Of a stretch of 64,000 nucleotides of DNA, positions 35,231-48,389 are shown in pieces. Both the position numbers and the translations under genes were made by a program. The notes beneath the pieces were generated by a model, which made no database searches, was not told the DNA's origin, and was given only the letters and a program-made list of their open reading frames with translations. Source of the DNA: Prorocentrum cordatum. Taxonomy: Eukaryota. Each line of letters begins with the position of its first letter. Position 1 is the stretch's first letter. The DNA is taken from the NCBI GenBank assembly GCA_963575745.1, contig CAUYUJ010000275.1:1-64000 (forward strand), given 5' to 3'.

Positions 35231-36314
35231 GGTTCTCGAACAAATCACCGCATACGGCTTTTTGACGGCTTTCGGCTGCCGAGGACGCTCACCCGGCCTC
35301 TCCGGGCGCCCCGCCCCTGGCCGGGACCCGCGCGCCCCCCCCGAACGCCAAGCACGCAGCAGGCGCTCTCCAGTGCTGTTCAATTTTTTGCCTGCGCAAT
35401 CGACTGCTGTAGGTGCCAAAGTCGAAGCAGATATTCTCATCACTCAAAGCCTGGCCACTCACAGACCTCGGAGTCCCGGGCGAGTAGCTTCTCCAATTCG
35501 TTCGAAAAATGCTCAAAGTAGTCGGGGAAGATCCGGGTCGACATGTCGAAACCGTTCATCTCGCGACGTGGTAGGACGAAGCCAGGACATTCACAGTGTC
35601 GGCCAGGGAGAAGTCGGGGATCTCTGAGATCTGGCGGTTCTGGAGGATGTATACTGGGCGCCGCGGCCATTCCAGAGCGCTCCAGAAGGCTACGATAGCG
35701 TTGTGTAGCGCTCTGGGACGATTGATTCTTGTCCCAGCCCCGCCCGACGTGGGCACCCCTGTGCCTCGAGCCCTCCCTTTGGGCCCGTCCTTCCACCTCG
35801 AGTCGTGCCCGGAAGCGGTCTCCGGATGCCCAGAGACAAGCGACAGAGCGGCCGCCACCAGTTTTGCGCAACGCCTGGATCTGAGGGGTGTGCCTGACTC
35901 TGCGCAGGCCTCGCGACCTCTGCCTCTTCTTGGGGTTCCCCAGGCAGTGCGGTGACAGTTCGCGCGGCGACCCCGAACGCCGCAAAGACCTCACCGCACT
36001 GTCCGCCGCCGCGCCGTTCTGTGATCTTGGAGGCTCCAATTGCCCGAGACATCCTCGGAGGACGACCCGAATCCCCAAACCGTGCGGTGGAACTCAGTTC
36101 TCCATGGACTCACCACACGGCCTGGTCACCGCACCGTCTGGAGATCCCCGAGACGCTCTGTCCAGCGCCCACGAACACCGGCACCGATCGGGGAGAGGAC
36201 GGAAGGGACGGCGGCTCGACCCGTGCTGGGACCCCGATCGTGAACTTCACCATGGAACTTTCATCGGAAGGGGAGGATGGGGAAGACTGAGACTCGATGA
36301 TCGACGCCTCTTTT

Positions 36315-36374
36315 TTATATTATTATTATTATTATTATTATTATCATTATTATTATTATTGTTATTATTATTAA

Positions 36375-36405
<31 letters not shown>

Positions 36406-36445
36406 CTGATTCTTATTAGTATTATTCTTATTATTATTATTATTT
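36315..36445. repeat. (TTA)n microsatellite
   Basis: Directly visible. Confidence 0.95.
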
Positions 36446-37239
36446 TCACTCCCCACGCGGGGATTCCCATGTGCATCATCTCATTTCGTGGCAGGTCCCG
36501 CTGCGAATGTCTGAGCGAGGGAGAGCCTGTGGCAACTGAACGCCCCCCCGCGGTGCCCCCTTTGGGTGGCCGAGCATGCTTGCTACATCGCGATGATCAA
36601 GGGCCTTTCAAAGAAAAAGAGTCGGGGGTGTGCCAGAACCAACGTTTCGCTTGAGGCTTTCCCAACAGCTGCCCGCGAACGGGCAACTGTAACCCCGCAG
36701 GCGGTTCTCCCCAGGGGTGCCCAAGTGCTATGCGTCGAGTGTATATAGACGTGAATGGTCTGAGTGTGGTGAGTCCAAATATGAATGAATATGAGTGTGA
36801 GTGGGTCTGACTGTAAGTCCGAGCGCGGTCGAGTCTGAATATGATGGGGTCTGGGTGTCAGAGGATCTGAGTGCGTGTGGCCTGAGTACGAGTACGATGA
36901 GTATGAATGGGTCTGAGTGTGCATGTATCAGACCGTAAGTGGGCAGTGGGTGAGTGGGCTATACGCGCGATTCTGAATATGACTAAGCTGAGTCTGCGTG
37001 GATCTGAATGTGAGCAGGGAGCAGCAGGCGGGAAGGAAGGAGGAAGGAGGTGTAAGGCTGCCAACCGAGTGAACCGCTCGAGATATCCTTATAATCTGGC
37101 CGCGAACGGGCAGGTGTCCGCCTTTCTAGCAGCTCCTCCTCGGGGAGCTTACATGTCACGCCTTCTATATCATGGTGGTCTTGCCGCTCTCAACAAAAAC
37201 GATATTTTTTTTGGGGGGGGGGCAGCAGTCGCAACGTGC

Positions 37240-38520
37240 CGGATACATCCCCACAATCTGCACGCGACCATGTAAAGCTCATACCCCTGGCGGCTCGTTC
37301 TTGGGGCGTCCACCCGAACGGGCACGCATCATTCCCCTCGCGGCTCCTCCCTGGGGTGTTCAGGTGCTACGCCTACTATACCGAAGTGACCATGCGGCAC
37401 TCAAGCAGAAAGGTCTGGCCCACCCGACAGTCCCACTGTTTGGGCGCGACCGGGCAAATGTCACATCCCTTGCGGCTCCTCCTTGAGGTACCCAAGTGCC
37501 ACGCCGGCTACATCTCGGTGGTGATGGGGCGTTCGAATACGACGGGTCTGGTCCGCCAAACGGGCGAACCGCCTGAACCATCCATGCAATCTGGGCGTGA
37601 TGCGGCAAGTGTCGTACACCCTGACGGCTCTTCCTTAGGGTGTCCAACTGCCACGCCTGCTTTTTCGCAATGACCATGGGGCCCGCGCAAAAAAACATCG
37701 GATCCGCAAAAAGAGGAAACCGCCTGATGCATCTCCACAGTCTGGGCCCGAACGGGCACGTATCATTCCCCCTCGCGGCTCCTCCCTGGTGTGTTCAAGT
37801 GCTACGCCTGCAATACCGAGGTGACCATGCGGCGTTCAAAAGGAAACCGCCTGAGACAACCCCACAAGCTGGGCGCGAACCGGCGAGTGTCATATCCCCT
37901 GGTGGCCACGCCTTGGGGTGCCCAAGTGCCACGCGTGCCATCTCGGTGGTTATGGAGCTTTCAAAGGAAACGGGTCTGGCCCGCCAGACCAGCAACCCGC
38001 CTGAAGCACCCCTGCGGTCTGGGCGCGAAAAGCCCAGTGTCATACCGCCTGACGGCTCCTCCTCAGCGTGCCCAAATGCCACGCGTGTCGCGACCATTCA
38101 ACAGAAGGGAGCTGATGCCTGGGGGAAGCAACAACAGGAAACCGCTGGAGACACCAGCACAATCTGCACGCGATAATGCAGGTGTCATACCCCCTGACGG
38201 CTCCTCCTTGGAGTGCCCAAGTGCCACGCCTGCTGCACCGCGGCGATCATGAGGCTCGCAACAGAAAGGAATCATTCCCACAATCTGCGCGCGAACGGGC
38301 CAATGTCATACGTCCTGGCGGCTCCTCCTCGGAGCTCCTAAGTTCCACGCCTGCTATACCGCGGTAATCATGACGCTCTCAAAACAAAGGGTTTGGGGGG
38401 CAGAAGCAGCAAATCGCTGGAGACATCACCACGATCTGCGCGCGGCCGGGCAGGGGTCGTGCCCCCTGGCGGCTACTCCTTGGGGTCCCCAGTGCCACGC
38501 CTGGTATATCGCGCTGGTAA
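37240..38520. repeat. Diverged tandem array of ~120-150-bp units with ~435-bp higher-order period
   Basis: GGCTCCTCC..G.G.GCCCAAGTGCCACGC motif recurs about 9 times; 37313-37400 closely matches 37747-37835. Confidence 0.8.
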
Positions 38521-39479
38521 TGAGGGGGCGAATGAATTCGAGTATGAGCGGGCTTAAATATGAATGATATTAGTATGGGTGCCTATGAATGTGTGTAAGT
38601 GACTATGTTGGACCGTGTGTCTGCGTATGGGTTAGTATAGCTACGACTAGTATGGATACTGGTGAATATGATTGTGAGCGGGTTAGTGCATGAGTGAGAC
38701 TGAGTATGAACGGGTTTGGGTATGCGTGAATATGAATCTGAAAGTGATCTTGGGAGAGTCTGAATATGAGTGAGTCTGTGTACGCGCGGGTCTGTATATA
38801 AGTGTGAACAAATGTCTGGGTGCGAGGAGGTAGGAGGCGAGACGGAGGAAGGAAGGAGGCGGAGGCATCACACTGATAACAAGAGGCCAATACTTCGGAT
38901 CTGGGGAAAGCGTGTTGTATGTTGTCTGAACCTCCGAAGCCTATGCGGACCTCAAGAGGCCCCTGGCGGCCGTCAAGAAAATGCGCCTTGCAATTTCTCT
39001 ACATTTTCTGACTCCTGGACCCCCTCTCGGGCCCAAGGGCCGTAACAAAAACGGCTCGGGATGAAGTGCTCAACCGAGGAAAAACCCTCGGGTCCAGGAC
39101 CCCTTTCCCTCCAGACTCCTCTCCCTCATGCCAATTGCTCTTCTGGATCGGTGCTGGTGCGGATAGGGCGCAGTCGAAGGGTTCGACTGATCGTCTGGAG
39201 CGCTCACAGGGGTAAAGGGCGCTAGGCTCAACGTACATAACCCGATGGGTGCGGTCAGAGGTCCACCGCTTCAGTGCATCGAGCGCCGCTTCCGACGGGG
39301 GGGACTGACAACTAAATCTACGACGACTCAAGCTGCGCGGCATTTCGGCTGCCAGCCCAAATCAGAGGTAATCCCCGCAGCGACGCAATGACCCAGCATC
39401 ACGAAAACGAAACATTTGATAAGCACAGTGGCGTGAAGAAGGGTATCCCTAACATCCGATACCTCGATATTTTCAATAC

Positions 39480-40120
39480 GAGGTCACCGGAAGTCCCAAC
39501 CCTTTCCCCAAGGCCAACTCTTCATCGCGAGAACTTTTGGTGACGGTCCCAGGGCCCAGCGAGAGACCCCAGAGGCCGAACGCTTCCGACAATCTTCGGC
39601 CGTGATAAATATTTGTTCACGGTGCGAGCGTGGTTGGGACTGCAGCTGCACCACACCCCCAGGGAAGACCATAGCCTATCCAAGAAACACTCCTGTGCAG
39701 ATGCGCTTCCGATCGGAGTCAGGCCACGGCCCTGTGGACGCGAACGCACTGGCGACCCCAATAAACCTGGCGGTCAGGCCAATACCCCAACACAGGCCCG
39801 AGCTAAGTGGCGCGACTGGAAGACTGGGGGCCAAGCAGCAGAGATCCATGGTCGGGACCGCCTTGAGGCGACCGAAGCACTCGTCAGTCAGGACCAGTTC
39901 GTTATATCCAAGTCAGGGGGTGCGTTCATGTGAGACCGCCTCCCTGGCCGAAGAAGTACGAGCCGCCATGAAGAGGCCACTGCGGGGACCAAACGAGTTC
40001 CTTTGGGCTCAGCGCCAGCATCGAAGCGGAGATTCCCTTCGAGGCAGGGTCCACCTGGACTGGCGTTGGGAACAGTTCCACCCGAGACTATCGAGAGTCA
40101 AAAGCCCTTGCTGAAAACAC
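39480..40120 (+). pseudogene. Possible decayed tyrosine-recombinase (DIRS-like) remnant
   Basis: Only loose resemblance in layout (RKSQPFP.., GRDRL, IPFEAGSTW..STRDYRESK); catalytic R-H-R not recognisable. Confidence 0.2.
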
Positions 40121-40779
40121 GATTCGGGGAATGTATTGCAGCTCATGCCCTGGGCGGGGCAGAATAACTCCCAGCAAGTACATTGGTGGAGGCGAAGCGA
40201 AATCATCTGGATGGCGCCAGCGAGACACGACATGACACGAGCGGCATGGCGAGCACCAGGGCGCGGTCGACGAGGGCCCGCCTTCGACTCGGCCAAAAAA
40301 TCCTGCTCCTGGGGCGGACTGCGCGCAAGAGAGACACCCCTCTGCCAGTAGTCCTCCCCCTTCCCCTCGTCTTGTTCGTATTCTGCCTCCGCGAACCCAG
40401 CCGAAGAAAAGCTTCGCCCACGGCAGCAGTGAAGAGAATAGAGAGTTCCAAACAGCCGACCAAACAATCCATTCACACACATACGTATGCACTTGTGTGT
40501 GGGGTATGTGTGTACGTCTGCGCACATATATATACACACACTATATATATGTGTTGGTATACAATGTGTGAAGACATGTATGAATTGGCTCGCAAACCCC
40601 ACTTGCCAACAACGTGCTAGAATCTCGGACGATTTGTATATTGCCGTCCGCGCGCGCGCGTGGCGGCCCCTGAGGGTCCCCACACAAAAACATACGCCAG
40701 CATAGTCCCGTCAGCGACGCCTGAACTCCTCGGCGCGGCCTTCAGGACCCTGCAGAGCGCCCCAGCAGCGCTCCAAAAG

Positions 40780-41340
40780 GGCTCCGATAAAGCCCAACAG
40801 CGGCTCAGGAGCGGAAACCCATGGAACGTATGCCCCAACATGCTCTCTAAGGCAGACCCAAGAGGCCACATAATAGCCCCGAGGTGGCCCCATATGGTCT
40901 AAGACAGCCCCGAAGAAGCCTCCAGAACGCCCGCATCACGAACACACATATTGTGCTTATACTGCGCAACTCATTCAAGCACAACGTGCTTTTCAAGGAT
41001 GTGTGCTTTCTCGTCGTTTCGCATCTTGATGGGTTTCTGATCAACATGTTTCCAGTCTCGCCCAAGATAACTCAAAATGGAGGTCCGAATGGCTTCAAGT
41101 GAAAATCAAGAACCCCCCAAAGAGGGCCCCAGTGGGGTATTCCACGAGATCCCAAGAAAAAGGAGCAATAGCTGGCAGGCCCAAATATTGCCTCCAAATC
41201 GCCTCAAGATGGCCCCAAGGCAGCCTAAAATGATCTAATACAGCTTCCAAAAGGCCCTCAAGAGGAACCAAAATCCTGGTGAGATGCCCCGGGGGGGCCC
41301 TGAACAAATCATCCAAGAGTTCCCTACGATTTCCCAACGA
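40780..41340 (+). repeat. CCAAGA-rich dispersed repeat, diverged copy
   Basis: CAAGATGGCCCCAAG, CCAAGAG units. Confidence 0.6.
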
Positions 41341-42199
41341 CGCTGCGACATCGTGCGAAACGGGCTCGACATAGCATAGCGCAACTGTATCCAAACTTTC
41401 CGTAATGACAGCCTTCTCGTGCTTTGGGGCTTCGATGATGAAACTCTAGTGGGGACGTGCATCCGTTGAACATTTCCCTCGATATACTCAGCGCCTGCTT
41501 CTCCTCCACAAGATCTCCACAACCTTTTTCTGGGAAGCTGCGGTCCGCTGAATATATCCCGATCGTCAGGAGCATGCAAGAATCTGGCAACGGTGGTAAA
41601 GCGTGGGCATCTACATATGCATTGTCTAGACATACGCATGCATTGATCTTAATATGCCTGTATACATGCGTGCCGGACTGTCGTGGGCACTGAGCGAAGT
41701 GCCCTCACGTCCCTTCGAGTTCTCCGTACCCGGCAGTTGAAGTTGTCGTTATTCGGCAGGGGGGGGGGCGTAAAGGATGGGTATGGACGAAGACGGGGTT
41801 TGAAGAACATCGCTCTGTACGGCCCGTAGAACAAGAAAACGTGGGCATCCAACTGGGTTCGTTCCCAAACCCCACCTTGAGATAACCGCCCCTCTACCTA
41901 ATTACCCCCAGCTAAAAGGGCCCGACAACTCTAGTTCTGGGCGCTCTGGGACGCTCTCGGGTCTTCTCGCATGACTCTTCCGGACCAGAAAAACAAATTG
42001 ACGACGGTGTGCATGAACGGGTTGCGGGAGCCCTGTAGTTTGAGGATGGCCCCACAGGCCGCCAGAAGGAGCCCCCCGAGGGGGCGAAAAGGTGCCGAAA
42101 AGGCCCCAAGAGGCTTCACGAAGACTCTGGCCCACAACCCAGGCACGGTGGCAGGATGGGCCTAAAGCCACGATGCAAATTCCATGTTCTACATTTCTG

Positions 42200-43000
42200 C
42201 AAACCGTGTGTACGCGTGTACGTGTGCGGGTGCGTGTCTGTGCGTGTTGTGCATATTGTGTGTATGAATGTGTGTGCTTGTGCGTGTGTCTCTGTGTGTG
42301 CGGGTTGTGTGTGTAGTGTTGTGTTGTGTTGTGTTGTGTTGTGTCGTGTTGTGCTGTGTTGTGTTGTGTGTTGTGTTGTGTGTGTGTGTGTGTGTGTGTC
42401 TGTGTATGTGTGTGTCTGTCTGTGTGCGTAAGGGGGGATCCCCTCCCCCAGACGGCCTCCCCCAGATCAGTGGGCCTGGGGCCCCCTGGACGCCCTTGCA
42501 GAGCTCCTGGAAAGCCCTGGTGGGCCTCGGCAGCGGGCCTAACTTGGTCAGGGGGGCGGCCGAACGACCCCCCGAGGCCCCCAGGAGGCCCCAGACACCC
42601 ACCAGACGCCCGAACACGACCCCAGAGAGACCCCCAAGAGGTTTTCGAAAAAAGTCCACATTCGATTTTGGGAATGCTCTGTTCTTCGATCTTGTGGGCA
42701 TCCGAAACCGCTCAGGAGGCCAGAACATCGCCCACAACTGCCCGAAAGGGCTTCCAGGCTGTCGAACGAAGTCCCACGACGCCCCAAGATGGCCCGAAGA
42801 GAGCCCCTTTCTGATGGTCCAAGATAGCCCCAAGACGCCCCCCGAAGCATTCCAAATCGTGACCCAGTTGTTCAGGGAGGCCGCGGTGGGAAGCAAAGTG
42901 GCCCGAAGAAACCTCCCAAAGTCCCCCAGGAAACGCCCAGGAGGCTCCCAGAACGCCCCAAGAGGCCCACAACTTCCATGAGGCCTCCAAGACGCTCTCC
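42200..43000 (+). repeat. (TG)n/(GTGTT)n tract followed by CCAAGA-rich repeat copy
   Basis: Directly visible. Confidence 0.8.
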
Positions 43001-43772
43001 AAGGATGAGGCTCCACAGAAATAGCTGAGGAGGATGGGGAACAATTCGCAGGGTAGGGCGACCATGAAGAAGAGAAGGAAACATGACATACAAATGATGC
43101 CCAATCACATTATCATAACGAATCTGTCTGAAAATGCAACACGGAACTGCCCTTCCGCAGACATGCCAAACTGCGAGGACCAAAGCGCATGGTGCGACGC
43201 GCCAACACAGTCCTGTGTGTATATACATCCATGCACCTGTAGGTGTAACTATATCTATACATACATAAACACATATGCACACACAAAAACACACGTATTC
43301 CACACACCAGCGGGTAACAGTGAAGGGGCGGGAGAGTAATCGGAAGCTTGCGAGGCTCGAACGCCGATGTGAAGGCGCCCCGCCGCATTTCCAACACGTT
43401 GCGCAACGAGCCCGTCGCAGGCGCCGATTGTTTGACGAAACAATATCCGCCGATCCGGCGTGTTAGTTTCTGAGGGCGTGGACTTGAGCTCGCTCAAGCT
43501 TCGCTCTGCAGGGGGTGGGGGTGGGGGGACGCCATTCCCGACGCATTTAGTGCTCGGGGGCGGAGGGGTCCACAGGCCCCAAAGAAGCTTCCAGGAGTTT
43601 CGGGGGGGGGGGCGGGGACGCCATTCCAGATGCATTCAGTGCTCGGGAGCGGGGGGGCCCACAGGCCCCCCAAAAAACCCCAGGAGGCCCCAGAAGGCCC
43701 GAAAGAGGCCCGAAAAAGGCCCCAAAGAGGCCCTCAAGACGGCCCAAGAAAACCCCGAATCAGCGAACGATC

Positions 43773-43871
<99 letters not shown>

Positions 43872-44158
43872 TCAGCATCAGCATCAGCATCAGCATCAGC
43901 ATCATCATCAGCGTCATCATCACGACCATCATCATTATCATCATCATCACCATCATCATGATCATCATCATCATCACCATCAGCATCATCATCATTATTA
44001 GTGCATCATCATAGTCATCATCATCATCATCATAATCATCATCAACATCATCATCATCGTCATCAACATCAACATCACCATCATCATCATCAGCATCATC
44101 ATTGTCTGGAGCCCCCCGGCTCGGCGGCACTGCCTGGAGGCCAGCACAACATCCATCT

Positions 44159-44196
<38 letters not shown>

Positions 44197-44245
44197 GGAG
44201 AGAGAGAGAGAGATTAACAAAAAGAAAGAGAGAAAGAGAGAGAGA
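43773..44245. repeat. (CAT)n/(CAG)n and (GA)n microsatellites
   Basis: Directly visible. Confidence 0.95.
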
Positions 44246-44589
44246 GTCGTAGGTGGGATGCAATGCGGACTCCAAGTGGGGCGCGGCTGGGTCGTCGGGT
44301 GGGTCGCGGCCGGGCCGTGGGGGAGGACGAGAAATAACAGTAACGACGGAGGGTGCGCCGCTGGATCTCCCCAAGGAGGGGGGGGAAGCCACCCCCGCCT
44401 CTTTCCCGATCCGTCGTCGGGGACCCCCCCCCCTCCCCCCCTTTCCCGATCCGTCGTCGGGAACCCCCCCCCCCTCCCCCCTTTCAAAACGGGGGGGGGT
44501 CCGAATCCCCACCCCCCGTCTCTCCCTTTGGCCGCCAAATTCGAACCCCCCCCTCCTTCCCTTTCGCCACGGCGCCTCCGGGCTCCGGA

Positions 44590-45972
44590 ACCCTACCCTC
44601 ACCCCTTACCCTAACCCCTAACCCCTAACCCCAACCCCAACCCGAAGCCAAGCCCCAAACAGTACTCACTGCTCACTACGCACTACTCACTACCCACTAT
44701 TCACTTCTCACTACTCACTACTCGCTACTACAGACTCACTACTCACTACCCACTACCCACTACCCACTACTCACACAACTCCCTACTACCCACTCAGTAC
44801 TCACCACTCACTACAAATTACTCACTACTCACGACCCGTTTTTCAATTCTCACTACTCACTAAACACAACTAACTCACTACCCACTACTCACTAATCACA
44901 CACCACTACTCACTACCCACTCACCACTATCAACTACTCACTACTCACTACTCACACTTCACTACTCACTACTCACTGACCACAACTCAGTACTCACTAT
45001 CCACTACTCGCTACTCCCTACTCCCTGCACAGTACTCACTACTCACTACCCACTACTCGCTACTCCTTACACCCTACTCGCTACCCAATACGCACTATTC
45101 TTCTCTACCCACTACTCACTACTCACTACGCCCCACTACTCACTACTCACTACCCCCTACTCCCTACTCGCTACTCCCGACTCACTATTCCCTATCCAAT
45201 ACTCAACACTAACTACTCACTGCACTGCTCACTGTCCACTATTCATCACTCACAAATCAGTCACTACCAACTAACCACTATCCACTACCCACTACCCACT
45301 ATTGACTACTCACAGTCCACTGCTCGCTGCCCAGAACTCACTACTCACTATCCGCTGGTCGCTACTCGCCTCGCTACTCCCTACACAATACTCACTGCTC
45401 ACAACTCACTACAAGCTACTCCCTATTCGCTACCCAATACGCAATATTCACTACCCATTACACACGACGCACTACTCAAAACTTCCTACTCACTAGTCAC
45501 CAATCACTACTCACAAGACGCTACTCACTACTCACTATTCAATACTCACTATTTACGGCTCACTACTCACTACTCACTACTCACTACTCGCTACTCCCTA
45601 CCCTCTACTCAATACCCAACTTTCACTTCTCACTACTCATTACTCACTAGTCACTACTCCCTACTCACTACTCACTAATCACTGCTCGCTACTCCCTACG
45701 CGCTACTGACGACTGACTACGCCCTCCTCACTACTCACTACTCACAATGCCCTAGTTGCGACTCACTATTCACTACACGCTACTCCCTACTCGCTACTCA
45801 CTACTCACTGCCCACTCCCCACTACCAAGTAGTCACTACTCACTACTCCCTACTCACTAGTCACTGCACACTACTCACTCCTCACTACTCGCTACTCTCT
45901 TCTCGCTACTTCCTATTCACAATTCACTACTCGCTACTCGCTACTCTCTACTCATTACTGACTACTCACTAC
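44590..45972. repeat. Short CCCCTAA-like tract followed by ~1.3 kb degenerate 7-mer satellite (CTACTCA)n
   Basis: Directly visible; ORF track nearly empty here. Confidence 0.9.
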
Positions 45973-46729
45973 CCAAAGGCCAGACCCCCCCCTGGCGGGA
46001 GAGGCAATTCTCCCCGGCCCCCTGTTCGGCGCAAAGGGGGGGAGGGGGGGAAGGTCGAACCCCCTCCCTCCCTTTTCCAGCGCCAAAAAGGGGAAGGGGA
46101 AGAGGGGGGGTCCGGACCCCCACCCCCCTTTTCAACTACAAGGTGATCCAATGGCGCGCTTTCGTAATAACGGCAATCCGCACCGCGGAACCGCACTTCG
46201 GCCACGCAACTAGGGATGATGTACTGTACAGTCAACCCGTATGATAAGGACGCACGATAAGAATGCAAAAGCCTTGGAAGGCCATGTCGACACTTTGTGA
46301 GCGGAGCGTGGCCAGCGAAAGCGGCCAAGGATGGGCCGAAGGGGATGGATGCAGCGGCAATCTTGGAAATTCGCTCATCCTTACTATGCGGGTTGACTGT
46401 ATCGCCCAAACAACGGGACAGGAAACTGATGAGACAACCCGCTACGCGTCCAGAGGCAGAGTCAATATCTCCGGGTGCTGACGCTACGCGTCAATGGCCA
46501 AACCATGCAAAGCATGTCGCCACCGTACCTTCAGCTTGTCGTGGAGTGCCCCACGGCTCATGCAGTTGTGCGTTGTGAAGGGACGATCGTCTTGCTGCCA
46601 GCTTGTAGAACGGGTCCCCTCCGGTGTGCCACAGATTCCTGGCCCGGCCTGCCGTGTGCCACAAATTCTGCGGCGCTTCAGGGGGGTGTTGGCGCGCGCC
46701 AGGCGAACTCTGAGGAAGCCACAACAGTT

Positions 46730-47240
46730 CCAAGAAGGCCCAAGATCAGCCAAAGGGGCCCCGAGAGACTCCCAAAGCGGTCCAAGGGGGCGAATGGCGC
46801 GAAGATCGCCGCAACCCCAAGACGCCCAACATGGCCTCCACAAAAGGCGCTCCAAAAGGCCCCCCAAGAGGGCCCCGACATACCAAATCACTGATTTGAC
46901 AATGTATCTTAACGATCTCGCCTTTTCGGGCTTCTACCGTGCCTCTGACGCTCCAAGACAGAAGCCCCCAAGGTCGCCCCAAGACGGCCCAAGGTCCCCA
47001 AGAGGGCCCCCTGATGGCCAAAGAGGGCGCCACGGCGATCCAAGATGCCCCCAACGCGGCCCAAGACGGCCCCCAAGAGGACCCCAAGAGAAGGAACACG
47101 AACTGACATGTCGAACTCTCCGCCCCAAACTGACCCCCGAGGCCGCCAGCAGACCCAAGATGCCCCCCAAGAGGCCCAAAGGCCTCTAAGAAACCCCGAA
47201 GGGACCCCCAGGAGGCCACCCAAAGGCCCGCAAGGGGCCC
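46730..47240 (+). repeat. CCAAGA-rich dispersed repeat copy
   Basis: GGCCCCCCAAGAGGGCCCC units. Confidence 0.8.
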
Positions 47241-47879
47241 CTAATCTGAACAATAAACGCATGAAGCTCCTTATCTGACAACCAGGCTTGAACCTGGTTC
47301 TTTGAGGGGGCCCCCTGGGGCAGGCGGAGCCCTCCAAGAGACCTTCAAATATTCGGATCCACGGCCCAGGCATGGCGGCGGGATGGGGCGTAGGCTACGA
47401 GATATTCTGCCAATGCGCTCTGACGGCGGCATGAGACTTGGAGTTCTTCATGTTTTAGCGCCTGATGTCTGTTTTCTTATGTTTCCTCCTCCTCCCGCTT
47501 CCTCTTTTCTCCCGTGGCGCCTCCGTTCCCCTCCCTCAGCATCTGCTCCCTCATTCCTTCCTCCTTCCACATCGCTTTGCCGAATCCCTCCCTACACCCC
47601 TCCCTAGAACTCCGGCGTTTGTTTTTGGTCGTTTTTTCTGTCCACAAGGTCTAGACCCCTTCCTTGGGGCGGTTTTTTTTTCATCATGCATCGATTTTGA
47701 CGGTACCGGGGCCCAGTAAACCGACAGCTGTCAGAACCCATCGTCCTGACTTTTTCGCGACGAAGGGAGGTGTGGGTCCTCCCTTCCAATTCATCCCTCC
47801 CTCATCACCTCTTCCTTCTTGCCTACCTCCCCCCTTCACTAGCGCCTCTTCTCCTCCATCCCTCCTGACTCCCTCCTTC

Positions 47880-48145
47880 GGAGGGAGGGGGAGGAGGAGT
47901 TGAAAGGAAGAGGAGGAGGAGGAGGGAGGTCAAGGAAGGGATGCGGAAAGGAGTGAGGCGGAGGAGGAGGAGGAGGAAGAGGAGGAGGAGGAGGAGAAGG
48001 AGGAGGAGGGGGAGGAGGAGGAGGAGGAGGAGGAGGAAGAAAACATGAAAAGGAGGAGGAAAAGGAGGAGGAGGAGGAGGAGGAGGAGGAGGAGGAGGAG
48101 GAGGAGGAGGAGGAAGAGGAGGAGGAGGAGGAGGAGGAGGAGGAG
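47880..48145. repeat. (GGA)n microsatellite at the 3' flank of the RTE-like element
   Basis: Directly visible. Confidence 0.95.
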
Positions 48146-48389
48146 CGCACGTACCTCATGACTGACTTCGCGCGCTTACTCCGTGCTCAGTGGCGAGCGA
48201 GGCGAGCGCGCGAGTTCGGTCCGGCGGGACCGGCCTTCATAGGGCGGCGCGGGGGGCCCGGAGCCCTCAGGAGACGCGTTGGGGGCAAGACTTGGAGCCG
48301 GAGCCGGAGTCGGAGTCGGAGAGATGGACGGAAACCGGAGTCGGAAAGGTGTGAATAGGAGTCGGAGAAACGACCAGAGTGGGCAGAAC

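Noticed and set aside
33774..35627. Poly-P/G/E/S ORFs resembling extensins or acidic proteins
   Set aside because: Translation of (CCT)n/(GAG)n microsatellites
35280..36250. Host gene exons
   Set aside because: No recognisable domain or consistent frame; small exons cannot be excluded without transcript data
43460..44538. His-rich or Met-rich proteins
   Set aside because: Translation of (CAT)n tract
44590..44645. True telomere
   Set aside because: Short, degenerate, internal and not the TTTAGGG unit
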